A stretch of 62,057 nt of DNA. Origin: Candidatus Aminicenantales bacterium. GTDB taxonomy: Bacteria > Acidobacteriota > Aminicenantia > Aminicenantales > Saccharicenantaceae. Below are positions 60,519-62,057 of the stretch, piece by piece. The position numbers and the translations under genes were made by a program. The stretch lies in assembly GCA_049512315.1 (NCBI GenBank), contig JBEKXF010000018.1, positions 1 to 62,057 on the forward strand. The letters run 5' to 3'. The first letter of the stretch is position 1. Each line of letters begins with the position of its first letter. Below the pieces are notes generated by a model. That model did not search any database and was not told where the DNA came from. It was given only the letters and a program-made list of their open reading frames with translations.

Positions 60519-61431
60519 TTACGGTAATTACGGTGGTAATTACGGTGACACACAACTAATTACCGAAATCATCGGGCAATGAGCAATCCGTTTCCTAGCG
60601 AGCGTCATATTCCCTATGAATAGAGAATGATCGCGTGTAGGAAGTACCAAAACATCCGTTCATAAGAGCGATCAAGCCAATGTCCCGCATTGCGAGGGTG
60701 GTCATTCCGGATTTTCCCCACCATATCGTCCAGCGAGGGAACCGCCGGCAAAAGGTATTTTTCAGCGATCAAGACCGCCAATTCTATATGCGTCTACTCA
60801 AGAAATATGGCGATGAGGCCGGAGTCACCTATTGGGCCTATTGCCTGATGGACAACCACGTCCACCTCGTCGCTGTGCCGAAGTCCCCGGAGAGCTTCAC
60901 CAAAGGACTGGGCGCAGCTCATTGGAAGTACACATTGACCATAAATATCCGCGAGGAGTGGAAAGGTTATCTATGGCAAGGGAGGTTTTTCTCTTGTCCG
61001 CTCGACGGCCGATATCTTGTAGCCGCGATGAGGTACGTCGAATGCAATCCCGTTAGAGCAGGTCTCGTTGCGCGAGCAGAAGATTATCCTTGGTCGAGTG
61101 CACATTCACACGTTTTCAAGCGGAATGACCCTCTGATCAAGAGCTGCGTAATGCGGGACGAGATCAAGGACTGGTCTGGCTTTTTATCCACTGCAGCTCC
61201 GGAGTGTGAAACGAGCAATCTGAGAAAAAGCACAATGACAGGTCGGCCTGCAGGCGATCAGGATTTTGTCGAAAGACTCGAAAAGATCACGGGAAGAATC
61301 CTGAAGATAATGAAAAGAGGCCCTAAACCTCGGCATATTTGTGCAGGACGGGCGCTTCCTCCTGAGATCTAGATGAACCGCATCTTTTAGATGAATACGG
61401 ATTTCGGTAATTAGTTGTGTGTCACCGAATT
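60517..61431. mobile_element. RAYT-type HUH transposase locus bounded by 28-bp inverted repeats
   Basis: CGGTGACACACAACTAATTACCGAAATC at 60543-60570 and its exact reverse complement at 61400-61427; visibly lower GC than the host. Confidence 0.8.
60680..61372 (+). CDS. REP-associated tyrosine transposase (Y1/IS200-superfamily HUH)
   Basis: HHIVQRGN, YCLMDNHVHL (HUH), LWQGRF, RYVECNPVRAG (catalytic Tyr), YPWSS. Confidence 0.92.
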   Translation: MSRIARVVIPDFPHHIVQRGNRRQKVFFSDQDRQFYMRLLKKYGDEAGVTYWAYCLMDNHVHLVAVPKSPESFTKGLGAAHWKYTLTINIREEWKGYLWQGRFFSCPLDGRYLVAAMRYVECNPVRAGLVARAEDYPWSSAHSHVFKRNDPLIKSCVMRDEIKDWSGFLSTAAPECETSNLRKSTMTGRPAGDQDFVERLEKITGRILKIMKRGPKPRHICAGRALPPEI

Positions 61432-61439
61432 AGACCGCA

Positions 61440-62057
61440 TTAGTGGTTGTTGGTGAAGGACTTGAGCTTCCGGCTGCGGCTCGGGTGCTTGAGCTTGCGG
61501 AGGGCCTTGGCCTCGATCTGGCGGATGCGCTCCCGGGTGACCTTGAACTGCTGGCCCACCTCTTCCAAGGTGTGCTCGTTCCCGTCGCCCAGTCCGAACC
61601 GCATCTTGAGGACGCGTCCCTCGCGCTCCGTCAACGACTTCAACGCCTCCTCGATCTGCTCCTTGAGATTGATGTGGATGACCGTGTCGGGCGGGGAGGG
61701 AATGAGCTTGTCCTCGATGAAGTCGCCCAGGTGGCTGTCCTCTTCCTCGCCGATCGGGGTCTCGAGGGAGATCGGCTCCTGGGCGATCTTGATGATCTTG
61801 CGGACCTTGCTGACGGGCAAGTCCATTTTCTTGGCGACCTCTTCGCTCGACGGCTCCCTCCCGACCTCCTGGACGAGGGCCCGCGAAACCCGGATGAGCT
61901 TGTTGATCGTCTCGATCATGTGGACCGGGATGCGGATCGTCCGGGCCTGGTCGGCGATGGCCCGGGTGATGGCCTGGCGGATCCACCAGGTGGCGTAGGT
62001 CGAGAACTTGTAGCCCCGCCGGTACTCGAACTTCTCGACGGCCTTCATCAGGCCCAT
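61440..62057 (-). CDS. rpoD: Primary sigma factor RpoD, 3' part (truncated by the window end)
   Basis: [62 protein letters not shown]. Confidence 0.97.
   Translation of the reverse strand: MGLMKAVEKFEYRRGYKFSTYATWWIRQAITRAIADQARTIRIPVHMIETINKLIRVSRALVQEVGREPSSEEVAKKMDLPVSKVRKIIKIAQEPISLETPIGEEEDSHLGDFIEDKLIPSPPDTVIHINLKEQIEEALKSLTEREGRVLKMRFGLGDGNEHTLEEVGQQFKVTRERIRQIEAKALRKLKHPSRSRKLKSFTNNH

Noticed and set aside
60517..60570. Short tandem repeats as a possible CRISPR array
   Set aside because: 9-bp units with no unique spacers and no cas genes; explained as the RAYT repeat end.
61183..61191. 8/9 DnaA-box-like TTATCCACT
   Set aside because: Imperfect and inside the transposase CDS; likely chance.

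Overview
A 62-kb chromosomal window from a high-GC bacterium with an outer membrane. The gene repertoire is reminiscent of Acidobacteriota/Ca. Aminicenantes or Desulfobacterota, which is inference only. Most of it is core genome: a LeuC/LeuD/LeuB-family (homoaconitase/homoisocitrate dehydrogenase-like) operon with tsaB-rimI, truA, an orphan MglA GTPase, comM/yifB, a dcw cluster (mraZ to ftsZ, lacking murB/ddl and ending in hutI), psd-pssA, M23/M28 peptidases, cyclophilin, a TGS-domain GTPase, gyrB-gyrA, an acyl-CoA ligase, tRNA-Ile2(CAT) and the 3' part of rpoD. Three accessory signals stand out. (1) An AT-richer island after gyrA (~45700-53500) encodes an NtrC-type activator surrounded by four sigma54 promoters. 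Each lies ~80-150 bp from a shared palindrome TGTGCT-N7-AGCACA, and they drive two inverted copies of a 48-aa lmo0937-like protein missing from the ORF track, DUF3185, DUF6600 and a pseudo-receiver. This is a candidate undescribed sigma54 stress/envelope regulon. (2) A RAYT-type HUH transposase sits between rpoD and tRNA-Ile2, flanked by perfect 28-bp inverted repeats, with related repeat copies dispersed at ~9620 and ~12270. (3) An uncharacterised YtkA / beta-barrel / periplasmic protein / MacB-type ABC cassette is present. Several smaller oddities are also reported (an in-frame-deleted nitroreductase, a duplicated gene-end scar, a MITE-like structured element, a variant MraZ box, a DnaA box). 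All family assignments come from motif recognition by eye; no database search was run.
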